Notes: generated by a model from the letters alone, not told the origin. Positions 37,584 through 50,802 are shown, counted from the stretch's first letter. The stretch is DNA of 64,000 nucleotides from Paraspadella gotoi (GCA_051294375.1 CM119271.1:1743395-1807394), one strand, 5' to 3'. Made by a program: numbers and translations.

Positions 37584-39673
37584 ATGGTGATGCTGATTTC
37601 GATTCTACTTGTCGCCATGGCGCCACTGGCGGCCGCGACGCTAACACAAACTGAAAAAGAAACAATTCTTAATATGCACAACGATTTCAGGGAAGATGCA
37701 AATCCGTTGCCTAAAACGATGGACAAGGTATTATTCATCCAGTAATAAGTTAATTATGAAATTGATACAACCAATATGAAAATTACGTACTTACGTAATT
37801 ATGTACGAAACATGAAAAAATATTAAACGGGGGAAAAATTTTTTATCTTCCGGCATTTTAATTTCATTAGGGAAATAATTATTTTATTATTATTATTATT
37901 ATTTTATTATTATTTTATTTATTATTAATAATTATTTTTCTTCTTCAAAATTTCAAGTTATCGTGGAACGCAGACTTGTCCAGCGCGGCTCAAACTTGGA
38001 CGGAAAGATGCAAACGGGAAGTAGGATGGCCAGAGAATTTAAAAACCGTCACCATTGGTGAGTTAGGGTAGGTTCGGAAGATTCGTCGTCTGGTCAGAGA
38101 GGCTGTTCAAATGTAGGGGAGCTCTCTTTTCCAAAAGCGCCCTATTTCTGTTCTAAATGCCTGAACCTAATTTTAATTCTAACGTACGGTTTTACTTGGA
38201 ATCTTCCTTCAATTTTTTTGTTTTCAGGTAAAACTACATGGTAAATTATACAAATGCACATATCTTTGCTGTATTTCCTCTCAATTTTCAGGGGCTGAGT
38301 CCATCGGTAATAATCCCATCGGAGTGAACATGTACATGGGAAAAGCGAGTTTGGTGGAAATCAAATCTACCCTCAATGAATGGAACGAAGAAAACAAACA
38401 TTACAACTTCTGCGAAAAAACTTGCAGCGATTTATTGCAAAAATTACACTCAGGTACGACTTATCGTTTTCATTTGTAAACAACACATTTAGATGAGCAC
38501 CGTTCATTGGGCTAACTTTTTGTATCCTAATGGTCCCTGGTTTGAGCCGAGGTGGTAACGGTCCTTGCTTAAGGCTGACAGGCCGGTAAAACCACGAAAT
38601 TCCGGAAAAATCTCCTGGATCTAGTGGGTACACTAAGTAAGGGGGGCTATCCACATTTCCTCTCTTTCTTTATACCCAAAAAACTCCTCAAACAAGTAAC
38701 CATGGAAACCTACTACCTAATTATTCTAAAGTCGTTGTACAATAACACAGATTGTAAAGGGTCGACACTAAATGGATCGGTTGCGGAAAAACCGACTGCG
38801 TTTCCGGGGGATCGCTCTATCACACGAAACTCTATCGTTTGCTATTATTTACCCAAAGGAGATGAAAGAGGTAAGGGGCAATCTGGTAACTTATGATTTT
38901 TGTGACTGTGAAAAAAAAGGTAAGATGCTTGCGACATCGGGAAGGCCAGACGTTCGATAAATGGGTTTGTTATGGCAATAGCCGGGTTGCATGTGATGCC
39001 CATTGGGATGGGGCATCTCACTGTTGGCTCTGGGAGCTTCCGACCCTCAGTGACGCCTCCAGTCACTGGCGCGGTTACCCTCGGACGGTCTCGCTTTGCC
39101 AACGCAGAGGGAAGTCGTTAGGACTGTGGATGGAACACAACGCCTGGTGCGTTTCCCCACTGAGTCAATGGAATTGGCTGAACGATGGTGGATGTGAGGC
39201 GGTGTGAATATACCGCCTCATTGTTTTAATTTTTTTTAATTTGTTTTGTTTGTTTTTATTGTAATTGTTTTGTAGTTTTATATGTTTGTGGTTTGTTTGT
39301 TTTTTGTTTGTTTTTTGATTTTTGAATAAAAATTACGATTACTGATATATAATAACGTTTTTAAAATTAATTACGCAAATAACTTAACTAATAATACTTA
39401 TTTCTTATTATATACTAAATTAATTATTTAGAGTTGTACCAATCTCTTAGCATTAATATCAATCTTATCTAATCAGAATCGCCCTACAAAACCTTGAACG
39501 ACAATGAGTGCAACCCACCACTGGCGGCTCAATTCAGTTATCACAGTCAATCTGGTGACATAATCAAGCCCGTAGTCGCGGGATCCGGCAGGATCTCTCT
39601 CGCGCCTTCGGGAATTTTACTTTGTCTCTTCGCGCGGTCAGTCGTCTACGGACTTGCAGCGTGGAGAGCCTAG
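37584..39673 (+). CDS. CAP/SCP superfamily protein 2 (tandem paralog; one apparent frameshift)
   Basis: Exons 37584-37727, 37958-38057, 38292-38453, 38751-38870, 39477-39673. Motifs: HNDFR, LSWNADLSSAAQTWTERC, GVNMY, NYTQ, WIGCG, VCYYLPKGD. There is one extra base near 38757. Confidence 0.85.
38971..39222. repeat. Dispersed GC-rich structured repeat of unknown class
   Basis: The first part recurs at 63912-64000, and a diverged relative lies at ~30966-31150. The agtgac/gtcact hairpin followed by ggcg is shared. Confidence 0.65.
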
Positions 39674-39847
39674 ACTTTGTAGTTGGAAGCTCCAAGCTTT
39701 AGGCTTGAGAGGTTAATTTAAACTCTGTACTATATCCTACTTGGACAGCCCAAATCTCCATTACTTAACATTTAATTACAATAGTAAAAAAACTAGATTT
39801 TTCACTCACTAAAACGAAAAAGAGAGAAAATACGTAAATTCGGCTCC

Positions 39848-40601
39848 NNNNNNNNNNNNNNNNNNNNNNNNNNNNNNNNNNNNNNNNNNNNNNNNNNNNN
39901 NNNNNNNNNNNNNNNNNNNNNNNNNNNNNNNNNNNNNNNNNNNNNNNNNNNNNNNNNNNNNNNNNNNNNNNNNNNNNNNNNNNNNNNNNNNNNNNNNNNN
40001 NNNNNNNNNNNNNNNNNNNNNNNNNNNNNNNNNNNNNNNNNNNNNNNNNNNNNNNNNNNNNNNNNNNNNNNNNNNNNNNNNNNNNNNNNNNNNNNNNNNN
40101 NNNNNNNNNNNNNNNNNNNNNNNNNNNNNNNNNNNNNNNNNNNNNNNNNNNNNNNNNNNNNNNNNNNNNNNNNNNNNNNNNNNNNNNNNNNNNNNNNNNN
40201 NNNNNNNNNNNNNNNNNNNNNNNNNNNNNNNNNNNNNNNNNNNNNNNNNNNNNNNNNNNNNNNNNNNNNNNNNNNNNNNNNNNNNNNNNNNNNNNNNNNN
40301 NNNNNNNNNNNNNNNNNNNNNNNNNNNNNNNNNNNNNNNNNNNNNNNNNNNNNNNNNNNNNNNNNNNNNNNNNNNNNNNNNNNNNNNNNNNNNNNNNNNN
40401 NNNNNNNNNNNNNNNNNNNNNNNNNNNNNNNNNNNNNNNNNNNNNNNNNNNNNNNNNNNNNNNNNNNNNNNNNNNNNNNNNNNNNNNNNNNNNNNNNNNN
40501 NNNNNNNNNNNNNNNNNNNNNNNNNNNNNNNNNNNNNNNNNNNNNNNNNNNNNNNNNNNNNNNNNNNNNNNNNNNNNNNNNNNNNNNNNNNNNNNNNNNN
40601 N
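39848..40601. other. Assembly gap (N run)
   Basis: N run. Smaller gaps at 1191, 26632, 28898, 52159, 54709, 55692, 58816-58989 and 60811. Confidence 1.
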
Positions 40602-41214
40602 TTTTTTTTTCTTCCCTAGTGCAACTGTTTTTGAAAATTATTTATTAAAATATTATTTCATGCTGTTTTTGAGGTAATTGGTTTAAATTTTTAAGAAATT
40701 GCGTTTTTCATTAACACAATTAAAAGAAAAAAGAAAATAAAAAATAAAAAGAAAAAAAAATTGAATTCTTACACGAAGAGCATTTTAATTGCAAGATTAA
40801 TGCAATGTGATAAAAAAAAGGTTTTGTTTGTCCTAGAATGAAAGTCGTCTCATCTATATGGAAAATACAATTTTAACTTGGAACAAAGTCATATTATTAT
40901 TAATGTTACTTTAAAAATAAATATTTGTCAGCAAACTAACAACGACCGCTAGGATTTTAACAGTTTTTCAGAAATTGAGCGTTTAAATTTTACAATTTAA
41001 CTCAATTATAGAATTTAACTCACCTTCGGATTATGATGGCTATGGAGAGACGGTTGATACATTCACTACGATGATGATGATTATTTGAGAGTAAATTTCA
41101 CACGAAGCACCAATAATGTCCAATATTCATGTTTTAATTTTGTTACGTATCTGTGAAGAAAGGATGGTTATTGGCTTTTATTAGTTGTGAAGAATCTTAA
41201 GCAAAACTAATTGA

Positions 41215-41265
<51 letters not shown>

Positions 41266-41573
41266 TATAAAATACAGAACGTAGAAAAAAATCAATGAAT
41301 TTTAAAATGTCTTTTTTATTTCAGTCGATAATCATTTGTTTCATGGAATATTATGGACATTTTCAGAGAGAGAGACGAGAGATGAGACAGCAGCAGAGAA
41401 GAGAGAAAGAGAGAGAAAGTGGTTAAATAGAACGTTGAAAAAGAAATCATGAAATTTTTTAAAATGGTCTTTTTATTTCAGTTCGATACTGCATTTGTTT
41501 TCAATGGAATATTATGGACATCTTAGAGAGGAAGAGAGAGAAGACAGAGAGAGAAAGAGAGGAGACTGAGAGA

Positions 41574-41621
<48 letters not shown>

Positions 41622-41834
41622 ACTATTTTCATTATTTTTTGAAAAAAGACAAATAATCAAAGAGAGACAGAGCGAGAGCAAAAACGATTATTCGCTACGA
41701 AAATAGTTGAATCTTCCTAAAATCTTAATCTACCGTCGGCCCAATAACGTAACCAGAAAAATTAAACAGTTGAGGGGAGGAAAAACCTAAAGATGGGAGA
41801 TTGAGAAACGACATTGGTCTGACTCTCTGGGGGG

Positions 41835-41866
<32 letters not shown>

Positions 41867-41933
41867 AAAAAAAAAAGATCTCCACTCCCTCTCTTCGCTG
41901 CCACCCCCTCCCCCCTCGGGCGGGGTCGGTTTT

Positions 41934-44135
41934 ATGGGCACCAAATTCTCGGTCTGGGTCAAGACGGTCAAGGAACGGCGCCGGCGGGCGAAGTCGCCCT
42001 TCAACGACAGTTCGGACAGCAGCGACTTTGCGCGGACTGGGGAAGACGACTCGGTCGGGACCGGACGAAGAGAGCGAAGACTCGGGTCGTGGACGTCAGA
42101 GTCGTTGACGACGGGTTCGGAGGAGGTGGAGGTGAAGTCGCTGTCGTTGACGACGTCGTTGTCGTCGTTGTCGTCTTCATCATCGTCTTTTTTTTTTTAT
42201 CGTCGTCTTCATCATCGTCTATTTTATCATCGTCGTCATTTCAGATGTCGTCTTTATCATCATTGTTTTTATTGTTGTCTTCAAGGTCATTGATCAATGT
42301 TGTCTTTATCATCGTCGTCATTGTCGACTTTTTTTATCCTTGTTTTCATTGTCGCCATTGTTGATATCCTCCTCGTTGTCGGCATTTACATTGTCTTTGT
42401 CGTCGCCTTTACATCAATGTCATAAGTCGCAGCTCAAATTTTCTCTTCTTTTTTTGGGCTACAATGTTTACTAATATATTCGTAATGACATCTGGCGGAA
42501 TTCATAGAAAACGAGCATCTTCTATCTTATCGATGTTTTATAAAACGGGGACAGAATCGAGGAGATCGGGAGATCCTGTCTCGCGACGCCGGATCGAATT
42601 TCCTCACTTCTTCTCACCCGGAAAGTCGCACCACGTATAAGCGGACGACGCGGCAGCCGTCGAGAAAGCAGCAGACGACGCCGCAGCTGTCGACGCGGCA
42701 TCTCAGAGGAGAAAAGTCGGAGGTGCAGAATCGGACGCAGAAAATCCGATTCGACACAGCGAAGACGAAAAGCGGCGTCGAGCGGACAAAGTCGTACGTG
42801 TCTGGGAGGTCAAGGTTTAATCGAATGAATGAATAAATGAATGAATGAATGAATGAATGAATAACTAAATAAATCAATGAATGAATGAATTAAAGAACAA
42901 ACGAACGGCCGCGCCCGCGTCGTCATCAAATGAATAAATGAAGGAAAAAATGAATTAAAGAATTAAAATAATTATATATTATAATTAATTATATAATTAT
43001 ATATTATAATTAAATTAAATTAAAATAAATATGTAGTCGGACATTGCATAGGTTCACCCCGCCTAAAAGCATGACACATTCAGTCGTGACCCGGTTCCTC
43101 ATTGACTAAAGCCATCAGCTCATGACCACTAGTTACCGGTTTCATTCCCAACCCGTTACCCACCCTGCGGGAAGCGTGAGGACGGCCGTAAGCCGCCTTG
43201 GGGGCGTGGAAAACCCTCAAGCCTGGTTCCAAGCCCAGGACCCGTTCCATGTCTGCTAGAGGGGGTTATAGAAGTTACGGATAGTCATCTTCAGCCTATG
43301 CAGCGCCTTATCCACAAATATATAAAAATAAATAAATAAATAAATAAAAACATGACTGACTGACTGAATGAAAGAATAAAAAAATGAATAAATGAAAGAA
43401 CGCACGAACGAATGAACGACCCATCGTTCGATCGGAACCTCGGCACATCGAATGAATGAATGAAGGAACGAAACCAAGGAGCCACGTCCTCTTCTCTCCA
43501 GACGCACGATCGGGACTTCGACTCCGACGCGCGACAACCGACTGTCCGTGGAATCTTCGGTCCTCGACGAACTCATGAGCGACGTCCCCGACGAAAACGC
43601 CGCCGACTACGGCGCCGTCTGGCACGCCGGCCACAGCGCCGTCTCCGTCCGGCGTTCCGGCCGATCCGGCGCCGCCAAGGAGCCGGAGCAGGAGTCGATC
43701 CGCGCAGGAAAGATAGACGAGTGGGGATCGCAGACAGCGAGCGCTTTTAATAAGGCGTCGAAGAAGGAGAGGTTTGTGACATGGAATGACATGGGTTTAT
43801 GTGGCATGGAATGACATGGAATTAAATGGGATTATATGGAATGGAATGGCATGACTTAATAGTTTATACGGAAGGGAATGGTATGGCTTCATATGGCATT
43901 GAAAGACATGGCTTCATATGGCATTGAATGTCATGGCTTCATATGGCATTGAATGACGTGGCTTCATATGGCATTGAACGACGTGGTTTTATATGGCATG
44001 AAATCACATGGCTTGTTATGGACTGAAATCATATGACTTTATATGAAATGGAATGACAGTGTTCTTTAATTTTAGATAATTTTTCCCCCCAACAGAAAAT
44101 TTTTGAAAGAATATTTCTCGAAGAGAAGAAAATAA
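41934..44135 (+). CDS. Putative 4-exon gene of unknown function with an N-myristoylation-like start (MGTKFS)
   Basis: Exons 41934-~42125, ~42555-42808/42813, 43502-43771, 44096-44135, with compatible phases. Ends ...KKERKFLKEYFSKRRK* with AATAAA overlapping the stop. Confidence 0.5.
43032..43319 (+). mobile_element. tRNA(Met-like)-derived SINE-like repeat, family 1
   Basis: Colinear with 6685-6966, including the 5' leader and the 3' end ccttatccacaaat. Confidence 0.8.
43790..44056. repeat. 25-bp intronic minisatellite atggcttcatatggcattgaatgac
   Basis: Directly visible. Confidence 0.85.
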
Positions 44136-44239
44136 AAGAAACGACGTCTCTGTTTTTTTTTTTATTTATTTTTTTAAAATTTATTTTCGTTTTTTTCTTT
44201 TCGTTTTTTCTTTGTTTTTGTTTTTTTTTTCCGACGTCG

Positions 44240-45575
44240 ATGGGCGTGGCTCCTTCCGCCTCCGCTCCGTCCGACGTCGTTATCTCGCCCCAACGGCGAC
44301 CTTGCTCTATCGCCTATCTACTGGAGCGGCGCCGCACCATGATGCTGGAGCTGCTGGAGTCGGCGAGAGACGTCAACGACGAGGTCGACGAGATGATTCG
44401 TGGGTCGAAAATGTGGGAGTTCGTGGAGGACAAGGAGGAAGAGGAGTGGCCCAGGAGCGGGACGGACAGATCGAGGAATCAGGGAGGAAGAGGAGCAGGA
44501 AGAGAAGGGAGGAGGAGGAGCAAGGGAGGCGGGAAAGAGAGCGGGAATGGAAGAGGGGTTGGATGGAGCGGGGTAGAAGGAGCTAAGGATAGCAGGTTGA
44601 GCGAGAAAGTGGTTTGGAAGACAGGGAGCGGATTAAGGAAGAGGAAGAAGTGGTGGAAAAGAAGTTGGAGGAAGAAGATGGAGGAGAGGAATAACTCGAA
44701 TCGTGGGGATAGGTGGAGTTGGAGCCACTACGGAAGATGTAGGAGCAGCATGGAGTGGAGAAGAGGGCGAGGTCGTAGGAGCAGCTTGGATAGAAGTCAT
44801 TGGCGCGATCGTAGGAGTAGCGTGGAGAGAGGGGAATGGAGGAATCACGGGAGCAGCTTGGACTTGAGAAGAGGACGGGGTCATAGGAGTCGCAAAGTGG
44901 GGGATGATCGGCGAAGTCCCTGGAGCAGCTTAGATTTGAGAAGAGAGAGAGATCGTTGGAGCAGCGGGGAGGATGGTTTTCGTGATCGTCGGAGCAGCGT
45001 GGAAAGGGACTATTGTCGGAATCGTGGGAGCAGCATGCAGTTAGGAAGAGATCATAATCGTAGGAGCAGCCCGGAGCGGATGGATTGGGGTGGTTGTTGT
45101 AGTAGTATTGAAATGAGAAGAGGGTTTGACCGTAGGAGCAGCCCGCAGAGGAGCGATTGGGGGAGCGGCGAGAGGAGAGATTGGCGTGAACGTAGGAGCA
45201 GCGCGGAAGGAACAGAAGATCGTGGTTGGAGGAGTAAAGAGAGAAGTGAATATCCGGATCGTAGGCTCCTACGATCCGGATCCGGATCTGAAAAAAGAAC
45301 ACATCACGGTCATAGGAGCAGCGAAGAAAGGAGTTATCATCTGTACGCACGACCATTGAGCCGAGCGGAGGTTCGATGGAGCGGGGAAGAATCCGGTTAT
45401 AGGAGCAACGTGGGGCGGAAGGACAGAAAAGAACCGGGTCGTAGGAGCAGCGTTGATGGAAATCTGTTATGGGAGGGTTGGAGGAGTCGCTCCAATACGA
45501 GGGTCGGCGACGGAGAAATGGAGGCGGGACAACATTTCCGAGTGAAAGATCGAAACCGTGGTGGAAATGGTAGAG

Positions 45576-45641
<66 letters not shown>

Positions 45642-45646
45642 ACTGA
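44240..45646 (+). CDS. Intronless 468-aa Arg/Ser/Gly/Trp-rich repeat ORF (RRSS units)
   Basis: Longest ORF in the window. cgtaggagcagc recurs with mostly ~36-bp spacing and the frame is preserved. The C-terminus runs through a (GA)n tract. Confidence 0.6.
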
Positions 45647-46563
45647 AATCGATAATTAGTTTGGGGAAATAATAAATTGCAAATTAAAATATTTCGTCTC
45701 TTCGTTTTTAACTTCATAGAATGATAGATGTAAGGCGATGTTTATTTGGCCTCCCGCTCAAAGCAGCGAGGGTAAACACTTGTTGAATCTCTGTCATTGT
45801 CATTGACAAGCGGAGATTTACCTACTAATGTAATGCTTTCTTTTAAATCCTAACGAAGGAGCAAAGTAAACAACGGAAACAGTGAATGGATTGTAGTGAA
45901 GGAACAGTCGTATACAAGTTACAACGGGTTGTGATATTACATCACTACAGGATCTCGATATTTGTCAGTATTTTGATTTCTGATGCTCTTGCGGAGTACA
46001 ACATACTTAAGGAGGTGGTAATTTCTGACAATTGAAAAAGGTAATCAAATTATTACACCACTTGATTGATAAGGAAGCCAGGTGCTCTGTGAGTGAATTA
46101 ACTAGACTGTCAAAAGAGTCTTGATTGTAAGCGGAATAGTGGCTTTAATAACCAATAACCTACAGTAGCCTGTCCATTTTTTTTTATTAATACCAAAAAC
46201 AGTATAGACAGGAAATGATTTCTTTTTTTTTTTCTGTTTTTTTTACAAGGATTATGAATAACCCTCTGCAAAATCAATTATAATCAAAACATATTCGTTG
46301 GTATTTATAAACCTTTAATTTTTTTCCCCTCTTCTGCGTCCTCTTGGCGTCGCCCACTTCGGGTGAGAAAAAAAAAATTTTGATTAGAACTCTCTAATAG
46401 ATATTCTTTTTAAAGAAAAGAGTATTGATCTCGAAAAAAAGGTTATGTTTAAAAGTCTAATGGCACAAACTTTTTTAAACTTATCGCGTACTGCAATATG
46501 CAAATGAGATTAAGAGAAACACTTTTGACTTTATTCGAGCGGAGCTCGCACAGATCCGACCGG

Positions 46564-47456
46564 TTTAAAAATAACAAAATATAACAAATCGAAGAAGGTA
46601 CATAGCTATTTTAATGTAAACAAGTTTGTAGAATTCTATGCTGATGACTTTTTTTTTATTATTTTATCTTTCTTGTCGGAAATGACGATTTTTAATGTAA
46701 TAATAAAATTGTCAGAAAAGAAAACCATTATAAGTTATGATAAATCAAATTATTAAAATTTCATAAAATTTACATGAGCTTTTGAAATATAAAAATAATT
46801 TTATATTTTATAAAAAGTTAGTTAGCTACATTTATTAATAATTATGAGTAAAAATTAGGTTAAAGTTGAAAAATAATAATTTTAAAATTTTAATCCTGGA
46901 TTTTTTATTCCAAAATTATGTCATTAAGTTGATCAAAATTCAGAAAAACTATAATTTTTAGCCAAAAATTAAAAAATTATTAAAAAAATAGTTTTTAACA
47001 TTTTTAACCTACTTAATGAAAGAATTTATTAAAATGGATTATACTTTCTTATATTAACTTTTTGTAAGGAATTCAAATCCGGTTTTAAAATTTTAAAATT
47101 TTAAATTTTTTACTTTAGCTTATTTTTTACAATTATTTATTAATAAATGTAACTAACAAACAGTTAATAAAATATAAAATTTATAAATAAACTTACCTAA
47201 ATATTTATATGGGTCTTTATTTTCATATTATTTTAACTTAATATGGCCTTTATAAAATTTTAATAAATTGAGTTTCTTTTACTCTACAACGTTTGTTCAA
47301 TTTGAATAGTGCCTCATATACTGCAAAAATCGCCATTTCCGACAAAGAAGATGAAACTTTCCAAAAAAATGGTTATCCACATCGAATTCTAGAGATTTCA
47401 TTACACTAAAATAGCTATGTACCTTATTCGATTTGTTATATTTTGTTATTTTTAAA
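46564..47456. mobile_element. Foldback/MITE-like element with long inverted arms
   Basis: tttaaaaataacaaaatataacaaatcgaagaaggtacatagctatttta at 46564 is almost exactly mirrored by the sequence ending at 47456. Weaker symmetry continues inward. Confidence 0.8.
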
Positions 47457-47873
47457 TGCCCTACTGTCCAAAGTCAGGGGCAAGATAGCTTGTTTAACGT
47501 TTATCGTTTAATGTTTATTGATATAATTTTTAAATTGGTTGTTCCAATTGCGAAACAAACCAGTCGTAGGTGGAGAGCGCCCTTTTGTTTTCCTCCCTCA
47601 TAAATCGCAAAAAAAACTATTTCCCCCTAAAAAAATCGAAAATTTCGAAATGACGTAAAAAAAAAAATATACTTTTTTCGACGCGTTTAATTTTTAAACG
47701 TATTCATCCAATTTTTATTTTCTCAAGAGGTAAAAAAAAATGGAGATGGAAAAAGAGAAAAATCGACGGACGAAAAAAACGGAAAGACGCGAGTCTTTTG
47801 TTTGTTTATCTTTTGTTTGTTTATCTTTTTGTTATGACTTTTCACTTTCCTTTCGTTTCCGATTCTTTTGCGT

Positions 47874-50173
47874 TTATAAGCGTCGAGAAGATGAAAGAGA
47901 CTTTTTGGTCTCCATCGAACAGCATCCATGTGGTCGTCGTCGGCTACAGCGAACGTCGTCTTCAGCGTCGTCGTCAATGTTGTTGTTGTTGTCGTCTTCA
48001 TCGTCTTCGTCGTCGTCGTCCTCCGAAGGTGGAAAAAGCGTCCGACGTTCCTGAAAAATATTTTAGAAAAAATTAACAATTATTTAAGTTGTTTTAAATG
48101 ATTGTTAAGATAACATTTGTCTGTTCAGGGTATCAGATAACGAAAATTCCGCAACATTACTAATATCATTCGCGTAAAAATTAAGCTATCCTAAAGGCTA
48201 ACCTAAATTAACCTAAATTAAATCATCAAACTACAAAATCAATCAAACGTTAAAAAAAACTACCTCCTTCTCCTCTTTGTCGACAGCCTCCCTATTTCTT
48301 GCAACCTCCTCCCAGTTTGCAAGGATCGACGAAGGGCGAAGCCTCGGCAGTCTTGTGCCAGGCGACCGCCTGTTGCTGCCACTTTTGGATGCGGGCGTAG
48401 TCTTCTCGTTGAATGGCTTCCGACTGAGGAGCGGAGACAAGCGGAGGAATGTTTGGCGGGGCGAAGAGAGAAAAGGGATGATATTTTCATGATAGGTGGA
48501 CACTATTTATTTCTTCTTATTATTATTATTTATTTTTTATTTAACTTCTCATACCTCAAACACTTCTCATACCTCGCACGCTTCTCATATCTCAACCTCT
48601 GACATTAAATGGAAATTTTCTGAATTGCTTTACAGAATGCTTCATATTATAAAATTATGTTGTGATTTTGGGACCAAATTTAATATTTGATTCTAAGACA
48701 TTAGTTAGCTATACAAATTAAAGTTAAACTATGATAGGAAATTTGAAAATTTACGCCAATTTACCAATTTACAGGCATCTTGGCTCAAGACCTGTAGGGG
48801 TTAAAATCTCCCTCTTGGGCGAACTATCTCGGCTCAGAGTTTCAATTTCACCTAAATTAGTATTCCTTAGACTTAGGCGATGTAAAATTTCGGTACTTTA
48901 GTCAGAATCGAGTACGGTCAACACCATTTCGCAATATGACGCCCTTTGTAGTTTGCATTCGTCCAAAGTAAAATCGATCCGTCTTCTTCTCCATGCCACT
49001 TCCACCATCCCTTCAGACACTCCACCATCCCCCCAAACCCTCCACCATCCCTCCAGACACTCCACCACCCCGGTCTACCCACGAAACCCTCCCGCCCACC
49101 TCGGCAGTAATCCTCGCCCACTCCTCGGCGTCCGCCTGCCACTTGACCGCCGTACATTTCCATTCCTCGGCCGTCTTGAGCTTCTCCTCTGCCTCTGTAC
49201 GACGTCGCAGCGCGATCCCGTGCGAGTTGAGCGCCTCCTGCATCCAGTTGGTGGCGCAGGAGAGCCATTCCGAGGCGATGCGTTGACGCTCCGCCGCTCT
49301 GGGGTTGTGGAAAAAAGATGGCGGAAGAGACAAGTAAATGGGGAGAGTAAACGAAGTGAAGTAAAACGAAAGATGTTTAATCAGGTGAGGTTTTAATCCA
49401 AGTCTCTTGGTAGGTCATTTATTTATAGTCGGGGTTAATTGTTGTTATTGTGATTGTTGTTGCCGATACATGAGAATTATTTTGAATATTATAAAAACTT
49501 ATTTATAACTCATTTTCTTTTGCTTAGTGCTGATGAAGACTTGTAAGCAAAGTCAGTTTTATATTCCAATAAAAAATGCATTTGTTCTAATAGCCAAATT
49601 TCTCAAAACTTTTCTTGAATTATGAAATGAAAACATAAGTTTCTATTCTATTATTAACTAATCTGACTCTCTCTCTCTCTCTTAGTCATTATTTTATCTA
49701 ATTCTCCTTTCCTATTTCCTCGTCCTACTTTCTCATAACCTTCTAATCTTTCCTTTCTAATCTTTCTCCAGTCTCGTTTGGCTCACTTTCGCTGAATGTC
49801 GAAGGCGTTCTTGGACCACTTCTCAGCGTCCTCGTGCCAGCGTCTCATCTGCGCCGCCGACTCGTCACGGTTGCTGGCGCGTTGCTGCCAATCCGCCGCC
49901 ACCGCCTGCCATTGCTGAGTCTCGACCTCCCACTGGCGCGCCTGTTCGTTTTGAAGGCCTGTTTGGAAGTGAACGCCGGACGCGAGGACGAAAGGGAAAA
50001 AAAATGAAGCTCACGACGGAGAGGAGAAAGAAAGAGAGAGAGAGAAGAGCGTTGTAGAGAGACGGAGTCGCCCCAAACTCGCCTTCGAACTCCTGACGCG
50101 TCTTCTCGGTTTCCTGACGCCATTTCTCCGCCCGCGTCTTCCACTCTTCCGCCAACTTCCACCATTCCTCCAT
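47874..50173 (-). CDS. Tryptophan-heptad coiled-coil protein of unknown function with an acidic tail
   Basis: Exons 50173-50083 (GC donor), 49958-49787, 49298-49100, 48423-48264, 48050-47874. The first three junctions are in phase. Exon 4 needs a 1-nt correction, otherwise it stops at 48292. Confidence 0.75.
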
Positions 50174-50802
50174 GGCGGGACTTTTTTCTTTTTTTCGTTG
50201 TGCTCGAGGAAAATTAGAAAAACCTAAAAAAATCCTCAAAAAAAATCGAAAAAACGGGAAAAGAAATAAAAAAGTCGCCGAAAAAAAGTCCGAGAACGGT
50301 AGGGTCTAATTGAGGCGGTATCGCCGCGAGATAAGACTATTTGTTTCCGTCGGCGTTTACTAAGTTGACAGGGAAAAGTCGTTAGCTGTTCACTGTCGAT
50401 TATATTTTACAAATACTCGACTCCCGTATGTTTTTTAATTAACCGGTCGGGTTTTAAGTTATGGCGAGATGGCGAGAATGTAGGACCATCTAAAATGAAC
50501 TTATTCTAAAATATCCAAGTAATGTAATAGATTTTTAGAAAATTTTGCTACCATTGTGACCATTGCTACCATTTGTGTTAACTTCTATCGGAAGAAAAGT
50601 TGTAAAAGCCGAGAGAGGCTATTTGCCCTATCAGATCCACTTACTGGTCCATACATCGCGGAGAATTAGAACCGACGAAAATCTTTAAGCCCCGAAGCGA
50701 TATAACTCGATTAAATAACAATCGAGCCGCTATCTCTAAACCGAGTGATAATTATCTCGCAAAGGTCAATCCGGCCTTCTCCGTCGCGCTATTCCCCTTT
50801 TA

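Noticed and set aside
38935-39225. RNase P RNA (GGGAAGG.., TGGAA and TGAGTCAATGG resemble its conserved regions)
   Set aside because: No P4 complement or CR-V downstream, and the sequence is multi-copy.
42610-42625. General use of CG acceptors (also at 44233)
   Set aside because: At 42620 the frame is open up to an AG at 42554. At 44233 the phase does not fit, and a canonical AG exon exists at 44096.
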